From NCBI GenBank assembly GCA_943356445.1, contig CALREZ010000002.1:1-52472 (forward strand): 52,472 nt of DNA. Reading direction: 5' to 3'. Source of the DNA: Candidatus Nomurabacteria bacterium. Lineage in GTDB: Bacteria; Patescibacteriota; Minisyncoccia; Phycocordibacterales; CAIJYI01. This document shows positions 1 to 10,349 of this stretch, piece by piece (the stretch's first letter is position 1; each line of letters opens with the position of its first letter). The notes beneath the pieces are model-generated. The model was not told the origin of the DNA, searched no databases, and saw only the letters and a list, made by a program, of their open reading frames with translations. A program made the position numbers and the translations under genes.

Positions 1-1101
1 CAAGAAAGCAATGATAACCGCAAACTGCAATCCGAGTTTTATAAACGCATCAATTCCTACAGTGTCCGTCGCGAAATTTTGGAGGATCCAACTATTGCCG
101 TTAGCGATTTTTGCGGCGAGGTAAATAAAGAACAGGAAAATGGCCGGGAAAAAGCTGTTGCTTATTAACTCCCCCTTCCATCTGCTCCATACGCTTGCTC
201 CTGAAACTTCCGATGGAAGCGTCCATGAAAAGAAAGCGATTGGAGAAGTGATCATAATGATCCAAAGCGTTACCACTCGGCCTACAAGATAAAAAGAAGA
301 AAGAAGGAAAACAAAAGTAACCACTAAAAATTCAATTCCCGTCAAGGCGATAAGAGAAGCCTGTACTCCGAAAGAACCGCTGTGGTTCGGAATGTCTTGT
401 ATGATATTTTCAAGCGGGCTTTCCAAAGCTTTCATGAAACCGCTTCCGATCCGGTGCTGTTCTATCCCGGGGATGTTAACGAGCGGATTATCATTCACGG
501 GAAAAGAGGAATAAAACTCAAGAGCGAAGATATTTCCCACATCAATCACGAATTTCGTGATATACATACTGAAGTTTATAAGAAGCGCTACGACGATTAG
601 GGTGGAAAGAAGCTGTTTCTTTTGCGACTGGAATATCGTCATGATGGCGATATACAGAAGAATGAAGATGAAGAACGTGTTGGCAACATCGCGGCAGACC
701 ACCCACCCGGCGTTGATAAAACTATCCGGAGAATTTCCCAGAGTAAAGGTTTCACTGCTGAGTCCGAATGCCCACATGGTATCAAAGACATTTGAAGCAA
801 AAAGAAGGAGCTGTCTTGGTATACTCACTATGAGGTAATACTCTAACAAGAGAACGCATCCGGAAAATCCGTCTGATCCTCCCAGAAGACTGCATTTTTC
901 TGTGATTGCGTCCGCAGTGGTTCCTACGTGAGAAGTGGTCGGTGTTGGCGTTGTTGTTTCTGTTGCCGGAGCCGGATCCTCGGCATAAGCAATGCTTGTT
1001 ATTTTTGTATGTATCTCAATCGGCAAAAGGAAAAGAACCGACGACAGTGTGGCCGTCAAGAAAAAGGAAGAAATGATTTTTTTTGCCGTGGAAGAGAACA
1101 T
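1..1101 (-). CDS. Polytopic membrane protein, VirB6/TrbL-like CPR family (3' partial, runs off the window)
   Basis: Hand translation from ATG at 1101: MFSSTAKKIISSFFLTATLSSVLFLLP...GWVVCRDVANTFFIFILLYIAIMTIF...LIVVALLINFSMYITKFVIDVGN. Multiple TM helices. Absent from the ORF track because there is no stop in the window. Confidence 0.7.
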   Translation of the reverse strand, partial: MFSSTAKKIISSFFLTATLSSVLFLLPIEIHTKITSIAYAEDPAPATETTTPTPTTSHVGTTADAITEKCSLLGGSDGFSGCVLLLEYYLIVSIPRQLLLFASNVFDTMWAFGLSSETFTLGNSPDSFINAGWVVCRDVANTFFIFILLYIAIMTIFQSQKKQLLSTLIVVALLINFSMYITKFVIDVGNIFALEFYSSFPVNDNPLVNIPGIEQHRIGSGFMKALESPLENIIQDIPNHSGSFGVQASLIALTGIEFLVVTFVFLLSSFYLVGRVVTLWIIMITSPIAFFSWTLPSEVSGASVWSRWKGELISNSFFPAIFLFFIYLAAKIANGNSWILQNFATDTVGIDAFIKLGLQFAVIIAFL

Positions 1102-1132
1102 TATTTACAAATCTCGTTGTTTTACTCGTTTT

Positions 1133-2158
1133 TTATTGTCCGAACGTTGATAACCAATCGTTGTTTGCCTGAGGTATATTAAGAAGGTTCTGGTCGTTGA
1201 GCCATGTAGAAACAGAATTAAAAAGACCGCCGGATACCGCAATAACAGAATCGTCCAGTTCTTTTGCTTGCGTAAGTTCATCAAAAGAAGAAGAGAGATA
1301 TTGATTGACTTGCTGTTGCACGTTGCTTCCGGGAGTATATGCGGAACACCCAACCCATTTATTATACTCTTTTGTTGGATCGTTTGGGTCAGGAGTACAT
1401 CCCTCCCCCGCTTTCAGATTGAAGTAACCGCCCCCCGCAGTAACTTCGTTGGTTGCTTGTTGTAAACCTTCTTTTTGCGCCTTTGCGAGTTCTGTTGAAA
1501 CGGCATATTCGGTAAGGAATGGGTCATTCTTTGTTTCTGCTAAGGCTTTATAGCAATCCCATCCATTTCCTGTCGGGCAAGAATCCCAGTTGTTTTGGAA
1601 AGCATCCAAACCGGACTGTCCTCCTGGAAAATCAGCGCCCTGGTCAAGAACATTCTGGTAAGGAGTATATTGATTTTGAAGAATGCGTGATTTTACATTT
1701 TTGACGGAATCCAGCATATTCGGCTTATCCGTGTCAAAACCTTTTAAGAAGTTTTGCGTTATTTCACTGTTTACGTCGTGATAATAGCTATTCGGGTCGG
1801 TGAGAAAAGCGGTATCCCCAAAAAAACCTCCTTTTACCATATTCATCATGGAACTGAACTCTGTCGTAACAACGCCTCTGGCCGCAATGCGCGCGAGCGA
1901 GTCCAGGCTGCAAGGATTGCTTACGTCGCCGAGACTCATGTCTCCGCTTAGAACCCCACCCGCTTGCGAAGCGAGACCTTTAATGCAGGAATTGAGATCT
2001 TTTTCTTCCACGAGAGGAGTTCTCAGTTCTGCCGTCGGGATAAGCGTTTGATAAGAAGCTTTGCTGCTTGAATCATATTGCGCGGCGTGTGCGGATGTGT
2101 TGGCTGTAAAAAACGCCAACAGAGAGAAAAGGAGCGCAGCGGTGAAGTTTTTTTTCAT
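1133..2158 (-). CDS. Secreted hypothetical protein with paired cysteines
   Basis: 341 aa ORF; signal peptide ending AHA; co-oriented with its neighbours. Confidence 0.75.
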   Translation of the reverse strand: MKKNFTAALLFSLLAFFTANTSAHAAQYDSSSKASYQTLIPTAELRTPLVEEKDLNSCIKGLASQAGGVLSGDMSLGDVSNPCSLDSLARIAARGVVTTEFSSMMNMVKGGFFGDTAFLTDPNSYYHDVNSEITQNFLKGFDTDKPNMLDSVKNVKSRILQNQYTPYQNVLDQGADFPGGQSGLDAFQNNWDSCPTGNGWDCYKALAETKNDPFLTEYAVSTELAKAQKEGLQQATNEVTAGGGYFNLKAGEGCTPDPNDPTKEYNKWVGCSAYTPGSNVQQQVNQYLSSSFDELTQAKELDDSVIAVSGGLFNSVSTWLNDQNLLNIPQANNDWLSTFGQ

Positions 2159-2185
2159 AAAAATAAAAAAGATGCGTATAAAAGC

Positions 2186-3160
2186 TTATATCGTTAAACC
2201 GGCTTCTCCTTCATTAAAAACAATGCCGGAATTTACCAAGTGATTGCTTACTTTTTCTCTGGCGGTTGTTCTGTTTTGAAGGGAGGTCTTGTATTGTTGC
2301 ATACCGATAAGCCCCTTGAGAGGATCTGATATAAGGAACTTGAGGTTTCCGATAGAAAAGGAAACGTTTTCCATGCTGTTAAGAAGAAAAACGTGAAGCT
2401 GCGCCATATCTTCCGGAACGGATACTTTCAGCAGGGCGGAAATTTGGTCTTTATTGGATTTGATAATAGGGTCAAAGCCGTCAAAAGTGCTTGTCTTCCC
2501 GTCTTTTAATCCTTGCGCGATAACCAAAAGGACGGCGTTATTTTCTTTTTCCAGTTCTTTGGAATTCTTTAAAATACCCCCAACGGTATTTCCATAAGTT
2601 TTGAGATTTGCTTCGGTTTCCGGAACCGTCTTTATTTGAGAAAGAGAATAGATGTTGGGAAATTCCTGACCTTTTTCTTTTATGCTGTTGGCAATCCCCT
2701 GGGTTATTTTATTGGCGATGTTTTTATCGGTCGGATTCGGATTGTATATGATCGCCGTTAACATTCCCCGTATTAATTTTTCGCTCTCGGTAAGTTCTTC
2801 TTTTGATACGGTTGCGAGCTGATCCGGTTCTCCGAAAGTCCTTACATAATCATTTGGTGCCGGAATGAGAGGGTTTCTTCTCAACTCAATTTCTTTTCCG
2901 TCCGGGGTTCCGTCTCCATCAGTATCGGCTTTTTTGGGATCAGTACCGCGAAAAACCTCTTCCCAATCAAGAAGCCCGTCTCCATCCGAGTCTATGTTTT
3001 CATGGCTTATTGCTTGGGCTAAAATTTTCTCCCTAGCCTGTTTGTTTCTCTCGGCCGTGACTTTGTCGTGCCATGTTTTATATCCGAAGACTCCTCCGGA
3101 TAAAAGAACTATTGATAAAATAACGATAAAAAAGTTTCTGCTGGGAAGATATTGTTTCAT
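2186..3160 (-). CDS. Membrane-anchored protein with DxDxDG Ca-binding (TSP3-like) repeats
   Basis: N-terminal TM helix; DSDGDGLLDWEE...GTDP..ADTDGDGTPDGKE. Confidence 0.75.
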   Translation of the reverse strand: MKQYLPSRNFFIVILSIVLLSGGVFGYKTWHDKVTAERNKQAREKILAQAISHENIDSDGDGLLDWEEVFRGTDPKKADTDGDGTPDGKEIELRRNPLIPAPNDYVRTFGEPDQLATVSKEELTESEKLIRGMLTAIIYNPNPTDKNIANKITQGIANSIKEKGQEFPNIYSLSQIKTVPETEANLKTYGNTVGGILKNSKELEKENNAVLLVIAQGLKDGKTSTFDGFDPIIKSNKDQISALLKVSVPEDMAQLHVFLLNSMENVSFSIGNLKFLISDPLKGLIGMQQYKTSLQNRTTAREKVSNHLVNSGIVFNEGEAGLTI

Positions 3161-3302
3161 ATAAAAAAATAGTCTGCACCTTATTATATAAGTATAGCAG
3201 TATCTCCACTTTATAAAAATAAAATGTGTGGATAAAACATATTTATTTGATTTTATTCCGTGTTACTATGAAGGTATACTTATTTACCTTCTTTTATATC
3301 GC

Positions 3303-4253
3303 ATGAAAAAGAAAATTATTTTTATTATCCTTGCTTTTGTTTTTTCCGGAACATCTTTTGTTTTTGGACAATCGGCAACGACGACCGATTTTTTGCCGAA
3401 CATTGAAATGATAGATGTTCAAAAAGAGTCTCAAGCGAGTTTGCTGCTTGAGCGTTTTCGCGGGCTGATCCCGGATTCCGCGATCGGTTCTCTTGGCGGC
3501 AGAAAAAGCCCTTCTTCTGCCCCGGGCGTCACTATTACCAATTCTTCCGCAAGTCCTACGGATATCTTTACAAAAACCTTAAAGCTTGGAGATACTGATC
3601 CGGAAGTCCTTTTGCTTCAAAAAGCGTTGAACGAAGATATTGATACGGTTATTACCGCAAGCGGCGCCGGTTCACCCGGTAATGAAACCACTTATTTCGG
3701 GCAAAAAACCAAACTGGCGGTAATAAAATTGCAGAATAAGCATTATGGCGAGGTTTTGGCACCGAACGGTCTTTCTGTCGGTACGGGTGTTTTTGGGCCT
3801 TCAACCAGGGCGATGATGAATAATATGCAGAAAAATAAAGGCAAAACAAGCGTTCAAACGCTTGGCGCTGACGTTTCCACCAGTATTCCAACCGGCCCGA
3901 TTTCCGGCCTTGGGGAAAAAGTGAAGATAGAGTATCTTGACCCGTCGCACGGAAAAGATGGCACGCTTGTGACGATTCACGGAACGGGAATGACGAGAAC
4001 CGCCAATAGCGTTATTGCCGGTGGGGATACTTTTTATAATCTGGCTTCTTCTGATGGCAGAACCCTCTCTTTTACTATCAAATCTCCCGCTTCTTTTATA
4101 GATGATCCTTCTTTGTCGGCCGCAAGCAGTACCGAAGCTCAAAATGATCTTATTTCTCTTAAAACAGCTGATTTTCCGGTAATGAAGTATCCTGTTTGCG
4201 TATCAAACGATTCCGGCATGAGTAATTGCGCCTTCTTTACTATCGATATTTAA
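3303..4253 (+). CDS. Secreted peptidoglycan-binding-domain protein with IPT/TIG-like C-terminus
   Basis: Signal peptide from ATG 3303; LKLGDTDPEVLLLQKALN...YFGQKTKLAVIKLQ...GVFGPSTRA (PGBD); LDPSHGKDGTLVTIHGTG (IPT-like). Confidence 0.75.
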   Translation: MKKKIIFIILAFVFSGTSFVFGQSATTTDFLPNIEMIDVQKESQASLLLERFRGLIPDSAIGSLGGRKSPSSAPGVTITNSSASPTDIFTKTLKLGDTDPEVLLLQKALNEDIDTVITASGAGSPGNETTYFGQKTKLAVIKLQNKHYGEVLAPNGLSVGTGVFGPSTRAMMNNMQKNKGKTSVQTLGADVSTSIPTGPISGLGEKVKIEYLDPSHGKDGTLVTIHGTGMTRTANSVIAGGDTFYNLASSDGRTLSFTIKSPASFIDDPSLSAASSTEAQNDLISLKTADFPVMKYPVCVSNDSGMSNCAFFTIDI

Positions 4254-4260
4254 GATTTTT

Positions 4261-4707
4261 ATGACTGAAAAAATAAAAAAAATAGCAGCATCAAAAACAT
4301 TTTTCTTTGTTTTTGCCTTTATCATCGGTTTTGCTTCCGTTTCCGGAGCCTTTGTTTATAAAACGAAGAAAGCGGAGGGATATTGTACGACAACCGGAGG
4401 GTTATATTGTTTTGCCGGGACCATAACGCAGGTGAAGTATTGTTGCAATGGAGTAAAAATAAAAGTGAGCGAGCCTCGCGATGGCACGTTTTTGCTGACA
4501 GCCAGTTCAAAAGTGTATATGTGGTGGAATGTAACAAAAGACCAATGTGTTATGGGAGATGCAAATCCCGGAGGAGTGTGTAAATACGGAGCAAAATGCG
4601 CTCAAACAGATCAGGTAGACGGAATCATACGGCAGATCGGAACAACACTTAAAGGCCCGCCGAAAGGAACATGCAAAGGATCAATGAGTGGCGGCGCAGG
4701 TATTTAA
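4261..4707 (+). CDS. Small Cys-rich exported/membrane-anchored protein
   Basis: N-terminal TM helix then 8 Cys in about 100 aa. Confidence 0.7.
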   Translation: MTEKIKKIAASKTFFFVFAFIIGFASVSGAFVYKTKKAEGYCTTTGGLYCFAGTITQVKYCCNGVKIKVSEPRDGTFLLTASSKVYMWWNVTKDQCVMGDANPGGVCKYGAKCAQTDQVDGIIRQIGTTLKGPPKGTCKGSMSGGAGI

Positions 4708-4710
4708 AAT

Positions 4711-4744
4711 AAAAAAAATGGCGAAATAATTTCGCCATTTTTTT
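4711..4744. terminator. Bidirectional intrinsic terminator
   Basis: AAAAAAAATGGCGAAATAATTTCGCCATTTTTTT between convergent genes. Confidence 0.8.
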
Positions 4745-5513
4745 ATTCTTTAGAAAGCCCTGCCCATTTTTCTAAAAGCAGATCTTCTGCTCTTGTATTT
4801 TCAGGAATTCCAAGCTTTTTCATTTTTTCTTTCAGTTCTTTTTCCTCAAAAATCGCTTTAAGATTGCCGAAAAGCTGTTTTCTTTTATGCGCGAATCCGG
4901 CATGAAGGACTTCAAAAAAGCGTTCTTCTGAAATTCCTTTGAAAAAATCGCGAGAAATGTTATCTATAAGCAAGATTGCCGAATCAACTTTTGGCGCCGG
5001 AGTGAAGCTTCCCGCTTTGACTGTTTTTATATAAGTCGGCGTTCCATACGCTTTGACGCTTACCGAAAGCAAACTTTCTTTTCCGTCTCTCGCGATAATT
5101 CTTTCCGCCACCTCTTTTTGCACCAAAAGCACCATTTTTTCAGGTTGTTTTTCTTCCGTAAGGAATTTCCGTATAATTTGTCCCGTGATGTAATATGGTA
5201 TATTCGCAATCAATTTATATTTTTCTTCAGGAGAAAAATGAAAATTCAAGATATCCTCATTAATAAGCATAAAACGTTTTTCTATGAGTTCATCTCTGAA
5301 TTTTTCTTGCAAAAGAGGTATAAGTTCCGCGTCTTTTTCAATCGCAATAACTTTGGCGCCCCGTTTCAGCAGTTCTTCCGTCAAAACCCCCCTTCCCGGC
5401 CCTATTTCAAGAATGGTATCATCTTGAGAAACAAAACCCGCGTCGGCAATAGATGCGACGATACCGGTATTGGTTAAGAAGTTTTGTCCCAGAGATTTTT
5501 TAGCAAAAACCAT
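4743..5513 (-). CDS. rsmA: 16S rRNA m6,2A dimethyltransferase
   Basis: KKSLGQNFL, LEIGPGRG, ANIPYYIT, QKEVAER, PAPKVDS. Confidence 0.97.
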   Translation of the reverse strand: MVFAKKSLGQNFLTNTGIVASIADAGFVSQDDTILEIGPGRGVLTEELLKRGAKVIAIEKDAELIPLLQEKFRDELIEKRFMLINEDILNFHFSPEEKYKLIANIPYYITGQIIRKFLTEEKQPEKMVLLVQKEVAERIIARDGKESLLSVSVKAYGTPTYIKTVKAGSFTPAPKVDSAILLIDNISRDFFKGISEERFFEVLHAGFAHKRKQLFGNLKAIFEEKELKEKMKKLGIPENTRAEDLLLEKWAGLSKE

Positions 5514-5525
5514 GGTTAAATTCTA

Positions 5526-7469
5526 TTATAAATAAACAATTTTTCCCACCCCAAACTCCTTCGTCCTCCCTTCTTCCGCTTCTATCAATTCCTCCGGTAT
5601 ATCGCTCAAAAACTCAGATGGAACCGTCATGTTTCTTGACCCGAATATCGTTCTTACGGAAGCATAGGTAAGAAAAAGACGTTTTTTTGCTCTGGTAATG
5701 GCGACGTAAAAAAGTCGGCGTTCTTCTTCCTTGTGTTCTTGAGATACTCCCGACTCCCCGAAACTTTTATGGGGAAAAAGTCCATCCTCAAGTCCGGTGA
5801 TGAAAACATTTCCGAATTCCAGTCCTTTTGCGGCGTGAACAGTCATAAGTCTTACTCGCGATCCGTCATTTTTATGCATGAGAGAATCTTGATCGCTCGC
5901 AAGCGCGGCATCTTCCAGAAGTTTCTGTATCCCCTCTTCTTCGGGAAGCATATCGTATTTTGTGGCGAGGGTAACCAATTCGTAAAGGTTTTCAATACGC
6001 TCTTGTTCTTCTTCTCCTCCCAAAGACAGGCCGTTTTCCATTCCTGTTTCTTTGAGAATATATTTTATGGTATCGCTCGGTTTGTTTTTTAGCGCCGTTT
6101 CTTTTATTTTTCCCAACAGAGTCTTAAATTCCAATACTTTTTTCTTGGCAGTTGCGGGAAGTGATTCTGTTTCTCCTGCAAGTATTTTTTTGAGCGTTAC
6201 CTCTCCTATTCCCCTCGGAGGAACATTGATAATACGCTTCATATCTATCGCTCCGTCCGGATTGAGCGCCGCTCGGAGGAAAGAAAGAACATCTTTTACT
6301 TCTTTTCTCTCAAAGAATTTTACTCCGAGTACTTGGTACGGGATATCTGCCGAAAGCATAGCCTCCTCAATGGCGCGCGATTGGTAGTTTGCGCGGAAAA
6401 GTATCGCAATATCCTGATAAGAAACGTCTTTTTTGACAAGATCGCGTATTTTTTCAGCGACAAAAGAGGCTTCGTCGTTCTCGTCATACCCTTCATAAAG
6501 AGATATTTTTTCTCCTCCTTGGCTTTTGGTAAAGAGGTTCTTGGGAACACGTATCTTGTTTTTTTGGATCACGCTATTTGCCGCCGAAAGGATATTCTGA
6601 GTTGATCGGTAATTTTCTTCCAAAAGCACGACTTTTGCGCCCGGATAATCTTTTTCAAAATGAAGGATATTTCGGATATTTGCGCCTCTCCACGAATATA
6701 TATTTTGGTCTGCATCTCCGACGACGCAGATATTGCGTTCTTTTCCGGAAAGAATCCGTGAAAGTTCGTATTGTACCGTGTTTGTGTCCTGGTACTCGTC
6801 AATGTGAATAAAACGCCAAATATCTTGGTATTTTTCGCGAACAGACTGATTTTCTTTCAGAAGCATAAGCGTTTTGAGAAGCAGGTCGTCAAAATCAAAA
6901 GCGCCTTCTTTTCTCGCTTTTTTTTCGTAATCCAGCCATACTTCTGCCACAATGCGCGGGAAATATCCGGTATTTGATATCGGATAAAATGCTTCGGCGG
7001 TCATGCATTCCCCTTTTTGTTTTGAGATAATGCTCTGGATCTTTTTCGGGTCAAACTGCTTCGGATCCAAATTCTTCGCCTTAACGGAATCTTTAATGAA
7101 ATTACGCGAATCCGTTTGGTCTAAAACGGTAAAATGGCTTGGTATTCCCAGTATTTTGTGTTCATTTCGGAGAATATGAATTCCGAGGGAATGAAATGTT
7201 CCGATAAAGGGAGTTTTTTGATAATTCGTATTTTGGTCGTTTTCCAACAGCGCATAAACTCTTTCTTTCATTTCTTGCGCCGCTTTATTCGTGAAGGTTA
7301 CCGCAAGAATGTTGTTTGCCGGTATCCCGTTTTGTATCAAATGAAGAATCCTATGAGTAAGCGTTTTTGTTTTTCCCGCTCCCGCTCCCGCGATAATCAA
7401 AAGCGGGCCGTTTGTATGAAGAACCGCTTCTTTTTGGGGCTCATTAAGCCCGAGAGTGTAATCTTGCAT
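5526..7469 (-). CDS. pcrA: UvrD/PcrA ATP-dependent DNA helicase
   Basis: AGAGAGKT, DEYQDTN, VGDADQNIYSWRGA, ENYRST, TVHAAKGLEF, EEERRLFYVAITRA. Confidence 0.95.
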   Translation of the reverse strand: MQDYTLGLNEPQKEAVLHTNGPLLIIAGAGAGKTKTLTHRILHLIQNGIPANNILAVTFTNKAAQEMKERVYALLENDQNTNYQKTPFIGTFHSLGIHILRNEHKILGIPSHFTVLDQTDSRNFIKDSVKAKNLDPKQFDPKKIQSIISKQKGECMTAEAFYPISNTGYFPRIVAEVWLDYEKKARKEGAFDFDDLLLKTLMLLKENQSVREKYQDIWRFIHIDEYQDTNTVQYELSRILSGKERNICVVGDADQNIYSWRGANIRNILHFEKDYPGAKVVLLEENYRSTQNILSAANSVIQKNKIRVPKNLFTKSQGGEKISLYEGYDENDEASFVAEKIRDLVKKDVSYQDIAILFRANYQSRAIEEAMLSADIPYQVLGVKFFERKEVKDVLSFLRAALNPDGAIDMKRIINVPPRGIGEVTLKKILAGETESLPATAKKKVLEFKTLLGKIKETALKNKPSDTIKYILKETGMENGLSLGGEEEQERIENLYELVTLATKYDMLPEEEGIQKLLEDAALASDQDSLMHKNDGSRVRLMTVHAAKGLEFGNVFITGLEDGLFPHKSFGESGVSQEHKEEERRLFYVAITRAKKRLFLTYASVRTIFGSRNMTVPSEFLSDIPEELIEAEEGRTKEFGVGKIVYL

Positions 7470-7501
7470 CGCACTATCATATCATAAAGGAACGATAAAT
7501 T

Positions 7502-7527
7502 AAAAAGCGCTCGTGTGAGCGCTTTTT
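7502..7527. terminator. Intrinsic terminator
   Basis: AAAAAGCGCTCGTGTGAGCGCTTTTT. Confidence 0.75.
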
Positions 7528-7534
7528 AATGTTT

Positions 7535-8707
7535 TTATTTTTCTCTTACCCTCTCCAATAATCGGTACGCATTCGTATTTCTGTTGAAAAGGGGTTCTAA
7601 TTTTAGCGTCTCGCCTTTATGGATATGATCCGCATCTTTTACTACCCCCATTTTTTGAATTTGTTCTTTTGAAGACCTTTTTACCGCATCATTCAGACTA
7701 TCTAAAACAAAATTTTGTTCGCGGGTCGTAAGCTTATTGAAAAAAACATTATTTCCGAGACGAAGTTTGATAATATTCCCTAACGTACTGTCATTTTCCA
7801 CTTCGTACGGATCTGTTAGTTTTTTCATCGCTTCTTCAAAAGTTTCTTTTTTTTGTTCTTTTATTTCCTGAGACGGTATTGGTTTTTCGGTAATCTTTGG
7901 TTTTACCGGGATACTTTTTGGTATATTAAGTTTTGAAAGGATCAGGTCGGAAATAGTTTTATCGGTTTCTTTTTTGGGTACATTGGATATTTTAATCTGT
8001 ACCGGCGCTATTTTTTTAGCGGGAACCTCCGGAATATCTTTGTGAGAATCAATCATTTTCTCCAGCTGTTTCTTAATTTCAGCAACCTTTTTCTGTTCTT
8101 TCTCGTCTTTTTCTTTTTCGGTTTCTTGCGACGGTTCCGGAATGAGAATATCTTTTTCGTTTTCTTTTGTTTCTTCAGGCGAAGTCGCTGTTTTTTCCGG
8201 AATAAAGGAATGTTCTTTGTTCTCTTCCGGCAATGGATACCCCAGTCGTCGTTTGAATTTTTCTATGACCATGTCGGGCGTATCTATTGGAAGAATAGCG
8301 ATACTGAGCGATTCCGCTACCTTTTTTATATGATTGGATACGAAGAGAGGGACTCCTCTTTCTGCCGAGTGGACGATGTCAGCCGCTTCTTGTTCTGATT
8401 TGGTTAATTCCGGAGCCTTTTTTTCTTCTTGTTTTGATATGTCTGTTTGTTTGAAAGCTATTTTTTCGCGAAGGTCTTTAAGTTTTTTCAGTATCTCCCT
8501 CTCTGTTAGTTGTCCTTGTATTATTTCTGAAGCCTCTTTTGCGAATTTTTCGTTTTTTTCAATTTCTTCCTTCTCTTCCGTTTGCTGCAGTTTTTCGTTT
8601 AAAAGCGACTGAATATCGTCTATTTCTTTGTTTATTTCCGCAACAATGCCACCCTCTTTTTCCGCAGAGGTCGCTACTGATGTTTTTGGATTGTTGTGTA
8701 TTTCCAT
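7535..8707 (-). CDS. Charged low-complexity protein, possible C-terminal LysM-like domain
   Basis: 390 aa, E/K-rich; YEVENDSTLGNII...DADHIHKGETLKL resembles a split LysM. Confidence 0.65.
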   Translation of the reverse strand: MEIHNNPKTSVATSAEKEGGIVAEINKEIDDIQSLLNEKLQQTEEKEEIEKNEKFAKEASEIIQGQLTEREILKKLKDLREKIAFKQTDISKQEEKKAPELTKSEQEAADIVHSAERGVPLFVSNHIKKVAESLSIAILPIDTPDMVIEKFKRRLGYPLPEENKEHSFIPEKTATSPEETKENEKDILIPEPSQETEKEKDEKEQKKVAEIKKQLEKMIDSHKDIPEVPAKKIAPVQIKISNVPKKETDKTISDLILSKLNIPKSIPVKPKITEKPIPSQEIKEQKKETFEEAMKKLTDPYEVENDSTLGNIIKLRLGNNVFFNKLTTREQNFVLDSLNDAVKRSSKEQIQKMGVVKDADHIHKGETLKLEPLFNRNTNAYRLLERVREK

Positions 8708-8717
8708 TTTTCGCTTT

Positions 8718-9080
8718 TTAGTTTTTCGGCCCGTAAATAAAACGTAAGTTTTTCGGAATATCGTCTTCTTCCGGGAAATCCGAAGACTCGTGATTTGGAA
8801 GTATGGTGACGCCGTCTTTGCTTTCTTTTTGCGGATATTCTCTTTTATCTTCTTCTTTACCCTCTTTTATTGGCGGAAATTGCATTTCTAGGCTTTGTTC
8901 GGCGTCCTCCAGTTCTATTCCTTTATCGGCAGAAGAAATTTCCGCGCGAAGAGATGTTCGGTCTTTACAGTTTGGGTCGTCGCATTCTGTTTCCGGAACT
9001 TTCACAAAAATAATGCCGTGTTCCGAATTTTCGGTATCTTCTCCGAGCTTTTGTTCTTTTGTTTTTAGGAGTGAGTTCAT
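8718..9080 (-). CDS. Hypothetical acidic protein
   Basis: 120 aa ORF tightly spaced between co-oriented genes. Confidence 0.6.
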   Translation of the reverse strand: MNSLLKTKEQKLGEDTENSEHGIIFVKVPETECDDPNCKDRTSLRAEISSADKGIELEDAEQSLEMQFPPIKEGKEEDKREYPQKESKDGVTILPNHESSDFPEEDDIPKNLRFIYGPKN

Positions 9081-9091
9081 ACAAGTGGAAA

Positions 9092-10027
9092 CTACTCTTT
9101 TTTTGTTTCGTTTTTCCCTATCGTCGGATATATTCTCTGAATAAATTCAGAAATTGTTTCGTTCTCTTTTGGTTCAATCTCTTCTGATGGGTTTTTCATC
9201 GTCATTTTTCTTTGTCTTTTGACTTTTGATAGGTAATCGCGAAGCCGTCTTTTCCAAATATCATTTGAGTTTTGACCCGCATCCTCTTCCTTTTCTGATA
9301 AAATGTCGGTCGCCGGCAATTTTTCCATTGTTTCTCTTGTTCCCGCGGGGGCATTCTCAAAAACCCCTCTCATTTGTCCTTCAATAATTTTCTTTTGAAA
9401 GGTTTCCTCTATGTTATTTCTCGTTGAAACCGCAATGGTTGTCGGTTGGTCTGATTTTTCAGAGAAAGTTTGCGTTTTTTGCGGAATAAAACGAGGAAGC
9501 ACAATCGTTTTTGGGTGAATCTCTATCGGGGCTCCCATGCTTTTTATCGGTTCAATTTCTTCGTTGGCGAGAATTTGGTTTGGGAAGACATTTTCCGCTA
9601 CTGTTGCCGGCTTTTTGGGGATAACCACCGTATCTTTTTCTGAAATCCGTATTTCTTTAGGGATATTTCCACCCGGATAAATTCCTAAGAGAAGGGCTTT
9701 ATCCCAATCATCCATCTCTTGCGGAGTTTCAATTTTTTTTGTCGTATCGGTGCTTTTTTGTTGAGCAAAAGCAACAAAAGCCGAACTATTGGCCTCAAAA
9801 TGATCCCGAACATGAGAAGGAAGGGTCTTTTTCCCAGAAGAAAGGCCTCCTTCCTCGTTTTGTTTATCAAGAAGCATTGCAGGAAGAAAACTGCCGCGAT
9901 GCGGCACGGTGGAGTTTTGCGCTGTTTTTGTCTCGTCGCCTGTTTTGAGTGTCAATTGAATGTCAACAGGCGGAACATTTTGTTTTGTTAATGTGGTATC
10001 TTGCACAGAGATAGTTTTTAGATTCAA
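9092..10027 (-). CDS. Hypothetical protein
   Basis: 311 aa ORF with TTG start; first gene of a 3-gene unit. Confidence 0.65.
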   Translation of the reverse strand: MNLKTISVQDTTLTKQNVPPVDIQLTLKTGDETKTAQNSTVPHRGSFLPAMLLDKQNEEGGLSSGKKTLPSHVRDHFEANSSAFVAFAQQKSTDTTKKIETPQEMDDWDKALLLGIYPGGNIPKEIRISEKDTVVIPKKPATVAENVFPNQILANEEIEPIKSMGAPIEIHPKTIVLPRFIPQKTQTFSEKSDQPTTIAVSTRNNIEETFQKKIIEGQMRGVFENAPAGTRETMEKLPATDILSEKEEDAGQNSNDIWKRRLRDYLSKVKRQRKMTMKNPSEEIEPKENETISEFIQRIYPTIGKNETKKE

Positions 10028-10349
10028 TTATTTTTGTAGAAAAATAATTGAGTATCCTACATAGTCCATTTTACCCCCAACCTCTGTGAATGACAATCAA
10101 GGGTTGTGCGTAACTCGGTTAGGATTCTTGCCGACTTCTTGATTGACTTATCTTGCGTTGTTTTCTATACTATATATGTGGAAGTACGGAAGCAAAAGAA
10201 TGATATAAGGCTCTAAATTAGCCTTATTCTCAAGAAAAGACCGAAACGATTAATCTATTTGGCTTATTGCTACTCTCAAACAAGACCCCGACCCTGTTTC
10301 AACAGGTTCCTCATCGGAAGTAAAGAATCGGGCGATATATAGCGGTATT

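Noticed and set aside
382-1182. Short plus-strand ORFs at the window start
   Set aside because: Antisense to the real minus-strand membrane gene at 1-1101.
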